A DNA stretch of 64,000 nt. Origin: Octopus bimaculoides (taxonomy: Eukaryota). The DNA lies in NCBI RefSeq assembly GCF_001194135.2, contig NC_068982.1, positions 59,594,910-59,658,909 of the forward strand, given 5' to 3'. This document shows, piece after piece, positions 1-12,937 of this stretch (within the stretch, counting starts at the first letter, position 1; the number at the start of each line of letters is the position of its first letter). The notes beneath the pieces were generated by a model. That model saw nothing but the letters and a program-made list of their open reading frames with translations. It ran no database searches and had not been told where the DNA came from. The translations under genes and the position numbers were made by a program.

Positions 1-70
1 ATATATATTATATATATGTGTATGTATGTATGTACGTACGTACATACATTTCTCTCTCTCTCTCTCTCTG

Positions 71-110
<40 letters not shown>

Positions 111-185
111 CTTCTATAGTTTCAGCTCAGAGCTGCGGCCATGCTGATGCACTGCCGTTTATATATATATATATATATATATATA

Positions 186-550
186 NNNNNNNNNNNNNNN
201 NNNNNNNNNNNNNNNNNNNNNNNNNNNNNNNNNNNNNNNNNNNNNNNNNNNNNNNNNNNNNNNNNNNNNNNNNNNNNNNNNNNNNNNNNNNNNNNNNNNN
301 NNNNNNNNNNNNNNNNNNNNNNNNNNNNNNNNNNNNNNNNNNNNNNNNNNNNNNNNNNNNNNNNNNNNNNNNNNNNNNNNNNNNNNNNNNNNNNNNNNNN
401 NNNNNNNNNNNNNNNNNNNNNNNNNNNNNNNNNNNNNNNNNNNNNNNNNNNNNNNNNNNNNNNNNNNNNNNNNNNNNNNNNNNNNNNNNNNNNNNNNNNN
501 NNNNNNNNNNNNNNNNNNNNNNNNNNNNNNNNNNNNNNNNNNNNNNNNNN
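186..550. other. Assembly gap flanked by (TA)n
   Basis: Run of N. Other gaps are at 4641-5023, 7194-7238, 40501-40510 and 51354-52070. Confidence 0.99.
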
Positions 551-565
551 TATATATATATATAT

Positions 566-790
566 GAGGCATGTAGCTTAGTGGTGGAGGTGTTGGGCTC
601 ACAAGTGTAAGGTTGTGGTTTTGATTCCAGCACTGGGTAATGCATTGCATTCTTGAGCAAAACACTTCATTTCACATTACTCCATTTCACTCAGCTGAGG
701 AAAATGAGTATCCCTGTGACAGACCAGTGCCCCATCCAGGTGAGGAATATATATGCCATGGAAACCGTGAAACCAACCCTACGAATCTAT
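566..790 (+). mobile_element. tRNA-derived SINE, family C (CORE-like centre, V-SINE-like 3' part)
   Basis: tRNA-like head (A box TAGCTTAGTGG, B box GGTTTTGATTCC), then ttcttgagcaaaacacttcatttcacattactccatttcactcagctg and cctgtgacagaccagtgccccatccagg. The centre recurs at 43965, 45125 and 62890. Confidence 0.7.
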
Positions 791-1349
791 ATGATCGTTC
801 TTTTATCCTATCTATATGCATTTATATGTAAATAGTTTTAATGGTAGAGTAAAATGAATGGTTAAAAAAATAGTCAGAAAATGCTGAAAGGTTTTTATGT
901 AAGTTGCTTAAGCCAAAAGAGTAAATTGATAAGTTATCGCACTTCCTACTTGTAAATAGACATTAAATCTCTCAATCACGATTTACTCTCTTAAAAAAGG
1001 GGAAAAAAGGAAGAGCCCATTGGTTAATGTAGTCCAAGATGTACTAAATCCGGAAAAAGAAAGGTAGGGTTATCATAATTTGAATACTTTTTTTATATAG
1101 CTTTACTGAAAAAAGTCTGACATAGAACTAGACAATAACAAGAGCTTCTAATGAAAAAGTTTGCTAGCATAACAGTTAGTTATTTAAAAGTAACTACTGT
1201 ATGCATATAAATGGATCAGAAAGAACCATGTTCTGTCCATTGACAATAACCATGGCAGACAAACATTAAGGAAGACATAGCAAATGATGAGATCAATTCT
1301 CAAGATGCTAGGTTTCATAAGTGAGCTGACAAGTGTTAAAAGATTGATG

Positions 1350-1505
1350 CAGGCATGGCTGTGTTGTTAAGAACTTTACTTCACATACAACAAGGTGTGG
1401 GGTTCAAAGCTATAGTGCATCAACTTGAAAAAGTGTCTTCTAACACAGACACAGGCTCACTGAAACCTTGTGAGTAAAATCTGGAATTCAGAAAATATGA
1501 AGAAA
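1350..1505 (+). mobile_element. SINE family B, decayed 5' half
   Basis: ggcatggctgtgttgttaagaac...gtgtcttct...ccttgtgagt is similar to the well-preserved copy at 28438. Confidence 0.65.
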
Positions 1506-3369
1506 TCTGTTCAGAGAGACAGTTCTTGATTTGAGTTGGCAGAATTAATTTTATCTCTCTCATCTAACATTTGAGGACTTTTAACACAAGCTGGTCTGTT
1601 TGCCAAACATTCTGACCAGGTATCCAGTCTGAGAATAACTTCTTCCTTTCTTCAAACAAATCTCAGAAACCCTTTAAAGAGCTGTGGGTAGTACTTTTCC
1701 TCTTCTAATAGCTAAACAGCAAAACAAGCTCACCAGTCTCACCATAAGAAAAAATAGATATTAAAACGATGATGATGATGATGGTGGTGGTGGTGGTGGT
1801 TTTGGTGGTGGTGGTGGTGGTTTGGGTATTAGTGATGGCAGCAAATGATGCAGTTACTGCTGATGATGATGATAATAATGAAAGTAGTGACAGCGAAGTT
1901 AAATACTGAGACAAAATGATGACATTAATTTTTTTGTAAATCAGAAAAAAAAAAAAAAAGAATCATAAAAAGAATTAAGTGTATTCTGATATAAATGTTA
2001 CATAAAACGCATAAGAATTTTTAAAAAATTAGTCCTTGATCTTGCTGACAATGTGTTGCAAATTGTTATAGTTGAAAATCACCTTCAGTCTTTCATATGG
2101 CTTACTGAAATGAAATAATTTGCAAATGGAAACTACTTTTAAGTTAAGCTATCTTCTATATAGTGCATAGTTCAACAAGTTTAAGTTAAACAAAGATCAT
2201 ATACTAGAAATAGCTGATAACATCTGATTTATGCAATAGAGGTTTCAAGGTGTTCAAGTAAAGATCTATGTTAGTCAAAGGCTCAACTTTTATAATTGAG
2301 AGTATTTTAGGAACAAAATATGATAATGATGATGAAAATGATGATGATAATAATGACGACAACAACAACAACAACAATGATAATAATAATAACAATGATA
2401 ATAACAACAGCAACAACAAATATCCACTTATCTAAACCCAATAATCTCCTAAATTAATTCTATTCTCAGTCAGTTTTCTTTGATGAACAGAGGTTTTATC
2501 TTCTCATTTGATGGTCCTTTTTTCTCTCGTATAATAATAAAATTAATATCAACAACAAAAACAATTGCAATAATAATAATGATAATAATAATTATTATTA
2601 TTATTATCATAAATATTATTAATACTGTTGTTATGATAATTCTCTCTATATTTTATTATTATTTGTGAGAAATCAATGCTACCCTCATTATTAATGATTT
2701 TTTTTTTCTTCTTAATTAGGCATTAAAAACTAGAATTAGATGGCAAAGAAGAATTTGTGATGTTCATGCTTTTCTTCTGCTATTATCATTGTTATTATAA
2801 GTCAGTAGATTCGAAGTATCATTAAAATATCACACAAAATATTTTGCAGTATTTGTTCCTTCTCTTTACATTCTCTGCTCAAATCCCACCAAGATCAGCT
2901 TTGTCTTTCATCCTTCTGAAGTCGATAAAATAAAATATCAATCAAATACTACATTCAATGCAATTCAATGTTCTTTTCACACAGAATCTGTGACCATTCT
3001 TTGTGTCTATGTTCTTTTTATTTTTTTTAATTATCTTTTATTTGTTTCTGTCATTAGACTGCAGCCACCCATGTTGGCAGTTTCCCACCCATTTTGGGGT
3101 GGGTACTTTGCTTGCTTATATATTCTTGTATTGTATTACTGCTTTTCATACTGTATTGCATTTTCATCCACCACCACAACGGTTAATTGTATATGTATGC
3201 CTCCATATGTTTTGTAGTTCTTCTGAATCACATACATTGTATTCTATGAGAGGTTTTGTGGCCAGTAAAAAACCATCACTATTATTATTATTACTATTAT
3301 TATCATAACTATTATTATTATTATTATATTTCACCCTAGTGGCAAATAAAAGAAATCATTATTATTATT

Positions 3370-4045
3370 ATGATGCTTAGCAGTATTTCACCCATTGCTA
3401 CATTCTGAGTTCAAATTCTGCTGAGGTCGACTTTGCTTTTCATCCTTTCAGGGTCGATAAATTAAGTACCAGTAAAACACTGGGGTTGATGTAATTGACT
3501 ACTCCCCTCCCACCAAATTTCAAGCCTTGTGCCTTTATTCAAAAGGATTATTATCACAGTTATTATATTATCATTCTTAAGATGGTGAGTTGGCAAAATG
3601 CTTAAAGGCATTTCATCCATCTTTACATTCTGAGTTCAAATTCTGCTGAGGTCGGCTTTGCCTTTTATCTTTGTGGGGGTCATTAAAATAAGTACCAATT
3701 GAGTGCTGGGGTAGGTATAATCGACTTACCCCTTCCCCCAATATTACTGGCCTTGAGCCAAAATTTGAAGATATCATTATTATCATTATCATTATTATTA
3801 TTATTAGTAGTAGTAGTAGTATTAAGGTGGCAAGCTGGCAGAATCATTAGCACATTGGATGAAATGCTTAGTGGTATTTTGCCCATCACTACATTCGGAG
3901 TTCAAATTCTGCTGAGGTCGACTTTGCCTATCATCCTTCCAACGTCAATAAATTAAGTACCAGTGAAACACTGGGGTCGATGTAATTGACTAGTCCTCTC
4001 CCCACAAATTTCAGGCCTTATGCCTTTAGCAGTCAAGATAATCAT
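3370..4045 (+). mobile_element. Three head-to-tail SINE family A copies separated by (ATT)n
   Basis: Repeated core gagttcaaattctgctgaggtcgactttgc...aagtaccagt...ggggtcgatgtaat at about 3410, 3630 and 3900; head aaggtggcaagctggcagaatc at 3823. Confidence 0.9.
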
Positions 4046-4342
4046 TATCTTCTTAACTTAGAATTGATCTTATTTCTGGTAGAATTTATGAGGGTAGTAG
4101 GTTACTACCTGTAATCTTTGATATCCACATGATTTTATTATTATTATTGTTGTTGTTGTTATTGTTATTATTATTATTATTATTATTATTGCTTAAAATT
4201 TCAGGACTTGTGCTTATAGTAGAAAGAACTATTATTATTATTAAGATGATGAGCTTGTGAAATCATTAGCATGCTGGACAAAATGCTTAACTGCGTTTCT
4301 GCTGGTTTTTAAAGTTCTGAGTTCAAATGTCAACAAGATAGG

Positions 4343-5350
4343 TTTCTTTATTAGCCACACAGGGCTCAACACAGAGGGGACAAAATACAAATGTAGAGTT
4401 TTTCTTTTCGAGGGGGTCGAAAACAAAGCAGAAAAAAAAACAAAAGTGGGGACAACGATGAAAAAAAACATCGCAAAACGTTTGGGGTATTTACAAAAAA
4501 TACGAAATAATACAAAAAATTCCCAATAAATGGGGAGGTTATCCGTGGAAAGAAAAACCTACGAAAAGACCACGGTAACCTCGGTCTTTAGCGTTACAGT
4601 TTGTTAAATAAAATTTCTTTTATTTAAGCAAGAAACGTGANNNNNNNNNNNNNNNNNNNNNNNNNNNNNNNNNNNNNNNNNNNNNNNNNNNNNNNNNNNN
4701 NNNNNNNNNNNNNNNNNNNNNNNNNNNNNNNNNNNNNNNNNNNNNNNNNNNNNNNNNNNNNNNNNNNNNNNNNNNNNNNNNNNNNNNNNNNNNNNNNNNN
4801 NNNNNNNNNNNNNNNNNNNNNNNNNNNNNNNNNNNNNNNNNNNNNNNNNNNNNNNNNNNNNNNNNNNNNNNNNNNNNNNNNNNNNNNNNNNNNNNNNNNN
4901 NNNNNNNNNNNNNNNNNNNNNNNNNNNNNNNNNNNNNNNNNNNNNNNNNNNNNNNNNNNNNNNNNNNNNNNNNNNNNNNNNNNNNNNNNNNNNNNNNNNN
5001 NNNNNNNNNNNNNNNNNNNNNNNGTTGATAAACCGACTCGTCCCACACGCGACAGCAGTCGTTCGACATAAGCCCACAGCTCCGAAATGGTTGGACACTG
5101 CACGAGTGCGTGCAGAACGGTTTCATCGCTCTGACCGCATCTCGGGCAGGTCGGCCCCGCATTTCGCGAGCCGTGTCTATAGAGCTTATCCCGAACGGGT
5201 AGCGCCTCTCGGTAACACTGCCAGGCCAGGGATCTCTGGAAGTTGTCCATAGGTCCCGGCCCGAAAGTCGTCCAGAACAGGCGGGTCAGGTATTCCTCGT
5301 CGACGCCCAGGTTCGCCCCGAGATCGTCGTCAAGATAGAGTTTGTCTTTC
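4343..5350 (-). mobile_element. 5'-truncated L1/Tx1-clade non-LTR retrotransposon (ORF2 C-terminus and 3' UTR), interrupted by a gap
   Basis: Minus-strand translation ...RSLAWQCYREALPVRDKLYRHGSRNAGPTCPRCGQSDETVLHALVQCPTISELW fits the C-terminal zf-RVT/CCHC region of L1/Tx1 ORF2. GC- and CpG-rich against an AT-rich background. Linkage of 4343-4640 to the ORF is across the 4641-5023 gap. Confidence 0.8.
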
Positions 5351-5409
5351 ATATTCTTAGGGTTCATAAGATAAGAACCAGTTAAGCACCTTAATTAAAA
5401 TCAAATACA

Positions 5410-5610
5410 AAGGTCAGCAGGATTGTTAGCATGTTGGACAAAATACGTATGACTGAGTTCGAATATCACAAAGATTAACTTTGCCTTTCATCCTTTCAGA
5501 ATTGATCAAGTACAAGTCAAGTACTGAGGTAAAAGAAAAAAAAAAATCAACTAGCTCCTACTCACCCAAAAAATTTCAGGCCTTGAGTCTGTATTAGAAA
5601 CGATTATTAT
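5410..5610 (+). mobile_element. SINE family A
   Basis: gttagcatgttggacaaaat...gagttcgaat...actttgcctttcatcctttc...aatttcaggccttgagtct followed by an (att/gtt)n tail. Confidence 0.8.
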
Positions 5611-6968
5611 TGTTGTTGTTGTTATTGTTGTAAATTAGAAACATAGACAAGCAGAACTATTAGAGTACCAAACAAGATGCCATGCAGTGTTTGTTTCAGG
5701 TCTTTAAATAAATAACAGAAGCTCACCACAAGTCCCATGCAGAGCAGGAGAGATCTTTAGAGAAAGAACTCCCATCCAACAAGTATTTCAACTCCTATAC
5801 CGGACATTCTACAGGAGTCGGATCCACCTAGGTCATGACTCTTAAGTGTCCTTCAGCTGCTTTCTAGAATCATGTCTCATGCAGGATTTGAACCTGGTTT
5901 GTTCTTTTTGTGATCTTGTGCTCTCAGGTCTGTGTTTCAGCCCACTTGGCTGATTTCAAATCTCATCAGGGCTAACTTCCTTCAAACTTTCAGGATCATT
6001 AAAATAACACTAGTTAAGTGGGTTGATATTACTAATTCTCCACCCACAAAATTTGTAGCTTTGGGCCTGTGTTAAAATCACCTATTATTATTATTATTAT
6101 TATTATTATTGATATTATTATCATCAACATCATTGTTGTCATCATGCTTATTGAAGTTATCATCATACTCATCGTCTTCATGCGAGCTATTAATAAAAAA
6201 AAAAAAATTACCTCTATTGTTATCACTAATATAATTATTATTTTTATAATTATCATTTCTGTTGATGTTATTTTGTCTTTACCAATGATGTTTACGTGTG
6301 ATAATTACAACATTCAAATTGGCAGTCATCCACACTAATGGTGGCAGCAGTGGCGTTATGGATGGGTACGGTGAATTTTCATGGTGTTAGTTAGAGTGTC
6401 GTCTACCTGTGTCAGTCTAATGAAATAAAGAATTCGGTTTGAATAATAATCAAATACTGGGATTAACAAATGAAACAATAAAATAACAACAGCAGCAACA
6501 ACAACAATAATAATAAATCAAATATAAAAACCAAATCAATAACAAAATTTCCATCTGCTAATATTTTGGAACATCCGCCATCTTCCTCTTTTCAATTTCT
6601 TTGTTCTACAAGAACAAATAACTTGTTTCCAGTGATTAATTTTCCTTTTACTTTCCTATCTATTACAGCTTATTCCCATCTTTGTTCAGTTTTCCTTCAT
6701 TTCCCTGCATCTGTTTAACAGTATCTTTAATATATCCAGAAAAATTAATGAATTTCACGTATTTTAATCAGTTCCGTACAGGACCCAACCACTTCCCGCC
6801 ATGCTTTCTGTTATTTTCTTTTCTTCTTAAGTGGAAACTCCCTCAACCATATCACATAAAAGATAGTTCCACCTACTCCATCACCACCACCACCACTATC
6901 ACTAATTCCACCAGCACCGTTGCCGCTGTCAACAACAATAATAAATAAACCCCTTTTGTTGATACTAG

Positions 6969-7040
6969 ATACCACACACCAGCACCCCGTTGTTATCTTG
7001 CTAACTGGTGTTTGAAATATATTGAGATGATAAATATCTG
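6969..7040 (+). CDS. Candidate 72-nt internal exon, product unknown
   Basis: ttttgttgatactag| ... ctg|gtaagg; one open frame YHTPAPRCYLANWCLKYIEMINI (phase 2-2). No homology recognised, and a similarly plausible exon can be drawn on the minus strand. Confidence 0.2.
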
Positions 7041-7238
7041 GTAAGGAGTGTGGATATATCAAGCTATCAGGCATGGTGTGGTGGTCGTGGGGGAGGGTCA
7101 CAGATATATAATATAGTCTTAATAATATTGCTTTGTTTCATAAGTGGACCTTTTTGGGCAATGTTAGAAATTGTTTTTCTTCCTGATATATATNNNNNNN
7201 NNNNNNNNNNNNNNNNNNNNNNNNNNNNNNNNNNNNNN

Positions 7239-7305
<67 letters not shown>

Positions 7306-7968
7306 TATATACGAGAGAGAGAAACATGAGTGCATATGTGTATGTGTGTATATACACACACACACACACTCACAGGTGCATTCACACGTACACTCATATA
7401 TATATTAAATGGATGCTTTAATACAAACAATGATTAAATGAAATCACAGAAATCCTTAAATACAATATTATTGTACTTTATTTAAATATTATTTGCATTT
7501 TATTAAAAATCAACAACAATATTACGGCTAATGTTCTTATTTGCCACATGGATAAATAAAAGAAAACACTGCATGGATACAGATAAATAAACATACAAAA
7601 TATAATTTTGGATATGTTGATTAAAAGGGATATGAACCTAGATTATTTAAAGGAATACACACAAGTGAGTGCATGGCATAATTGACAAAGCATTCAAACA
7701 AACCAGCTTTTGGTGTAAGGTTATGCTTCTAATATTATCAGTTCAAATCCTACCCTGGGCCACTTTACCTTTTAAGTATTATCTTTTACTTCTTTCAATC
7801 ATTGGACTGTGGTCATGCTGGGGCACCACCTTCATAAAATAAGTACCAGTCAATAAATTAAGTATCCTTGTTGATGTAACTGGTTATGCCCTAGAAGGTG
7901 CTGTCCTGGCTTGTCCAAAGACTGAAACCAATAACATAATAAAAGTATAAAGTGCAATTGCATTTGTA

Positions 7969-8504
7969 CAAGATCTGGTCAAAAAGTATTGGGACAGGTG
8001 CTATAAAAAAAAAATTACAACACAAATCAACTCAGCATTTAATCTCTCTTGAAGTAGTCCTCTTTTGAAGCCATACACTTTATCCAGCATTGTTTCCATT
8101 GATGGAAGTATTTTTGGAACTCCTTTTTGAGGATGGCAAGCAGCTGTCTTGTTTCATTCTCTTGGATTCCTCAATGTCTTGAAATCTTGTTCCTTTTTGG
8201 TGGGATTTGATTTTTATAAAGATTCTTGGCTGTAATAACAACCTTGTGTCTGTTTTCACACACACACACACACACAATTTTTCTGCCATGGTCACTGATG
8301 GAACCTCTGAGGTGTAGTGAAATGACCACACACTACACACTTTACTTCCAAACCCTGCTATAAACAACAAAAGTGAGCAAGAGCATTATAACTTGGTGTA
8401 CTTGCATGACAGAGTTCAAGGTCAATCTGTACTAAGTGGCTTCACCCTGTGTACTTTAGCTCCATTACCACAGCAACAGGACCAATACTTTTGATCAAGT
8501 TCCA
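7969..8504 (-). mobile_element. Internally deleted mariner (Tc1/mariner) element with both TIRs
   Basis: TA|caagatctggtcaaaaagtattgggac at the left; degenerate inverted copy ccaatacttttgatcaagttcca|TA at the right. Minus strand 8039-8240 encodes KIKSHQKGTRFQDIEE / TRQLLAILKKEFQKYFHQWKQCWIKCMASKEDYFKRD*, the mariner transposase C-terminus, with a frameshift. Confidence 0.85.
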
Positions 8505-11500
8505 TATCTGTAAGAACTGCTATCTTGAGTCTAACAACAGTGATATGTCTTCTGCAACAAAGACATAATTTATATGCATATGTATGATGTTCAAGATCTC
8601 AGAAGAGATGACAAGATATATCTGCCACTGAGTATGTACTGATGTACAAGGAGATGATCCAATCATCCAGTACTTGGAATTAGGTTCGATTCTGCTTTAA
8701 GAATATCCTTGATACACATAACCCAGGCATATTTTCTCAACTGTTCTAAACTAACCAGAACTGAATCTAAATCGGTTGCAAACTGAACTGTACAATATTA
8801 TCTTGTACTACATTATGGTTGACCTGAAGTAACCATCCTAAGATTCCACAATTTTTATAGGTTCACACACTTCAAAGCTCCATTATGTGGTCTTTCCTAG
8901 ACTCATGCACTAGAAATGTACAAGCAAATGTTCATTTGTGAGACATATTGACTTTGATATTAAGCAAAAATACAAACACCACGTGCTCAGGATAATCTAA
9001 ATTTACATCCTGTAATGTGCCCTATTTTTTGAGTATTCTAAATGGCAGACTAATTTTAGTGTGTTCAGAAAGCTATCATAATAGTCTTTTGCAATTGTTA
9101 TTGCAACAAATTGCAAAAATTATTTCCTCTGGTAGATTTGCATGCATAATTTTCCTGTTCCAGCATCTTTTTAATTTTCTAGAATTTCACACATCTGTTG
9201 ATTGATGAGACAATATCATGGTTTTATTGCTGAAAATTGCACTAATGATAACTACTACTACTACTACTACCACCACTACTGTTGCATCAGCTACAGCATC
9301 AACAGAAATCACAAGAGAAAATAGTAGCCAAATTTCCCTCATCTTAAACAAAGTGCACTTTGGACAATGTCATCTTAGATATAAAAAAAATGACAGAATA
9401 GTCACAGCTGGACCGTTTTGGATTAAATTTTTGCTCAGCTAGGACAAATCTTGGATTAAATAACAGCAGCAACAACAACAATAAATTAGAGCATTATATC
9501 TTATTGCAACTCAAAAGCTGCCTTAATATAAAGTGTAAGGCCATATTCCTAAAAAAAAAAACACCTTAAATCTTCCAGGATATGTATGTTACTATATGAA
9601 ACTTGAGGGTCATTGACCATTAGTGATCTGCAAATATGTACACAACAACAAATGACTGGCTCAAACAGTATCACCATTAGAATACATCAATAAAATGGAA
9701 TTCTGTTTTCTGAATTGACTTGTAACAATACAAATCACTCCCTTGACTTTACGAGTTCTTGAGATCATCTCAAAATTCTAGAATGTCTGTCATTTGACTT
9801 CTCCAAGTGATTTATGGGACAATTTCAGATTTCCAAACTTGAAATCAATATTTTTATCTAAGGAGATAAACAGTGTTATGGATTAGGTTTACTTTCTGAG
9901 CCATGCATGGTAAGTCTATTTCTGAAACATTCAATGTTTGGTATCTATATGATGCTGGTTGAGTAGTTAAAATCTTGGCCTACTAATCTAAATATCAGAT
10001 TCTAGAGAATTTCATGATGTTCATAGGCAAGACAGTTGCCTCAACTTACTAAAAAGTATGTATTACAGCTTCTTTATAGCTGATTGGTTGACACTGGAAA
10101 GTGGCTCTGGTTATAAAATGCTACTCCAAAAGTTAATAAAACATGTCTGAATTTGAAAACTATTACATTTAGAAGTGAAATAAACATGAAAAAAAATCAT
10201 TAAAAAGAAAATTTAGATATATAAAATAACATAAAACTATTAAAACGAATTAAAAAAACCATCTATAAATGAAGGTTTCTCTAAAGCCAAACCAAATTTT
10301 TATTTCATTCCATTTCCCTTTAGTAAGGATCATAAAAATATAATTGATATTTTTTATGGAATGAAGCCAATAAGTTTGAATCAGGTTATTAGAGATAACT
10401 TCCATGCATACTTAAATCTATTGAGATACACAAAACAGAGGTACTGAGATTTGAAACTACAGATTTCTGATTTGAGTATTAATAGCAAGCTAAAGTCAGT
10501 CTCCCTCAATAATTCAAATAGATTGAATACTGAGATTGAGAAATATTGTTAAAGTAGAATGAAATTGATGTGCATACCAGAGCAAATATGATTTATCTTT
10601 ATACTACAAGTCCAAATCATTCAAATTTGTTTTGTCTTTCTTTCTTTCACATTTCTTCATCTTGAATGTACTGTTTCAGATTTAAATATATTTCATTTAC
10701 CTCCTCACGTTTTAAGACTTTCTATACTTGCACATGGGTATTTCTGAAAATCTACTGTAATTAAAAAAAGACCAGTTCCATTGTTGCTGATTGACAAAAT
10801 TAACCAGATCATATTATAAACCAGCAAGAGAGAGGATTTCTACAATGACCATTCTCAGGGATATTGCAAACAAAGTTTGTTTCTGAAATGTCTGTAATAT
10901 GAGATCAAATATATACTGACTGAATTTGGGAAACTGATGCCTTAAATGCATTTAGAAATGGATATGTATTTAATAAAGTTCTTCTTCAACTGATTCTGAT
11001 ACAGAAAAGCTAACAACTTGCAAATAATAACTACAAGAAAATGTTTTTCAAGAGATACGTGTGAGATTCTTGAGCCTTGTTTATTGCTTAAATTCAAATT
11101 CAAAGACATGGCACAATTTTATCATAGATCTCTTTAAATGTAAAAACATTTCTGTTGGCTGTCAAATGATGTAATAAATGTGTACTGATTGAAATAATCT
11201 TTTGGTAGAGTATGCTTCTAGTCTCATATCTGGATTCTTGAATGATAACTGCTTTTGTAGAATTGGTTTTAACTAGAGCTTTTTCAATGTATAAAGCAAT
11301 ATCAAAGGTAAAATATCCTCACTGAGATAGTTATCGATTCAGCTATACTTTAAGTGATTCTTTAAAACAAAAAAAAAAAATTTCAAGAGTAGTAAAATAA
11401 ATTTCTCTATTGCTGCAGTTGCTATTGCTTCTGCCATTATTAGTTTTGTTGTTGTTACTAATGTAATTGAGCCACAAATAAGTTCTGATCAAGCAAACTT

Positions 11501-11794
11501 AAGATCAAAAGTATTTAAACTATTCCATTTTCTGATCAAGAATAGTGTCCCTTGATGTTTATTCTTGATTGAGAGCACAGGACTCAAAATATTACCAAAT
11601 ATGACCTTCTTAAGACAAGGAAATTTACGAGTTATTTTTATCAGGTCAAATGACCACAACAAGTCTTTTACGAGTTATTTTTATCAGGTCAAATGATCAC
11701 AATGAGGCTCTCTGTACTGCTGCTTCTTCCATCAAAGTCATCATTAACATCATCAATTTTATGTTTATATAAGTGTTGTTATTTTCAATTTCTT

Positions 11795-11990
11795 ACCCTA
11801 AATTTTGTGCTGGCAGGGTGCAAATGTTGTTTGATGCAGTCTTCAAAATGAACAAATTCCTCACTGACCACATCTGCCAGGCACCTCTATGCAGTTGGAC
11901 TTCACAAGGTCAACTGGGAATACAAGATCAAGCTGGATACCTATCAAATGAGATACAAACTGCCCTGACTGTCACAATGCTATCTTCCAT
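11795..11990 (-). mobile_element. Possible highly decayed RTE-like LINE C-terminal fragment
   Basis: Frameshifted pieces DRYPA*ILYSQL and AW/DVVSEEFVHFEDCIKQHL resemble RTE ORF ends (LPKQILYSQL...DRSAWR...HFE). The resemblance is weak. Confidence 0.3.
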
Positions 11991-12683
11991 ACAATCAATC
12001 AGAAATGAACAGTATGTACTACATGATCTCAGGCCATATGAAACTGCAGCATAGCTAGTATGATGGATCTGTGGATCGAGTGGAAGCATTCAATCAACTA
12101 TTTCCGTGATAACCACAACAGTAACAACAAGGACAATAACAGCAGCATTAAGGAGGCAGTAATGATGATTATTGGAATTATGCAGTAAAGGCATCGCAGA
12201 TATAATAACCACCACCAACACCTATGCCACGGCTACTACTAACATCACAGCCACAGTGACAACCACTAACACTACCACCACAGCAACTATTCATACCACC
12301 ACTGTGGCAACTGTGCCCTTACAACAACCACTTACCCACCACTACCTCAACAACTACAATCACTAGAGTAACAGCTGCTAATACCACCTCCATAACAACT
12401 ATTGGCACCAACACCATCATCACCTCCACCACTGAACTACTAGCACCCTCACTATAAAAACCATGAATAATATCATTACAACAATAATTACTAGTACCAA
12501 ATGAAAATCGTTAAAGTTCTTAAGAACTTTTCCATCCAATTGGACTCTTAAAACAAAGTACCAGTTAAATACTGGGGCATAGTGCAACACTCTGGTTTGC
12601 CAGTTCCAGCCAAACAGTCTAACCCATGCCAGCATGGGAAACGGATGCTAAAAGTGAAAAGAAGAGAGAAACTTCATTAATAT

Positions 12684-12879
12684 GGTGCATGGCTATGTGG
12701 TAAGAAACTTGCTTCCCAACCACATGGTTCCTAGTTCAGTCCTAGTGTATGACACCATGGCTAAGTGTCGTCCACTATAGCTTTGGGCTGACCAAAGCCT
12801 TGTAAGTGGATTTGGTAGACAGAAACTGAAAGAAGGCCATCATATATATACATGTGTGTGTGTGTGTGTTTGTGTGAGT

Positions 12880-12937
<58 letters not shown>

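Noticed and set aside
26-665. Long ORFs across the first gap, and likewise at 4604-5162, 7050-7430 and 51309-52214
   Set aside because: Their length comes from N runs and (TA)n. Only the Tx1 portion at 5024-5350 is real coding-derived sequence.
8520-11340. Possible decayed coding sequence, including a ~72-codon open minus-strand stretch at about 11095-11315
   Set aside because: No recognisable motif in any frame, and it is compatible with chance or an unidentifiable old transposon.
11624-11702. 36-bp tandem duplication (period 43); also a 24-bp x3 minisatellite at 21815-21884
   Set aside because: Ordinary local slippage duplications with no further structure.
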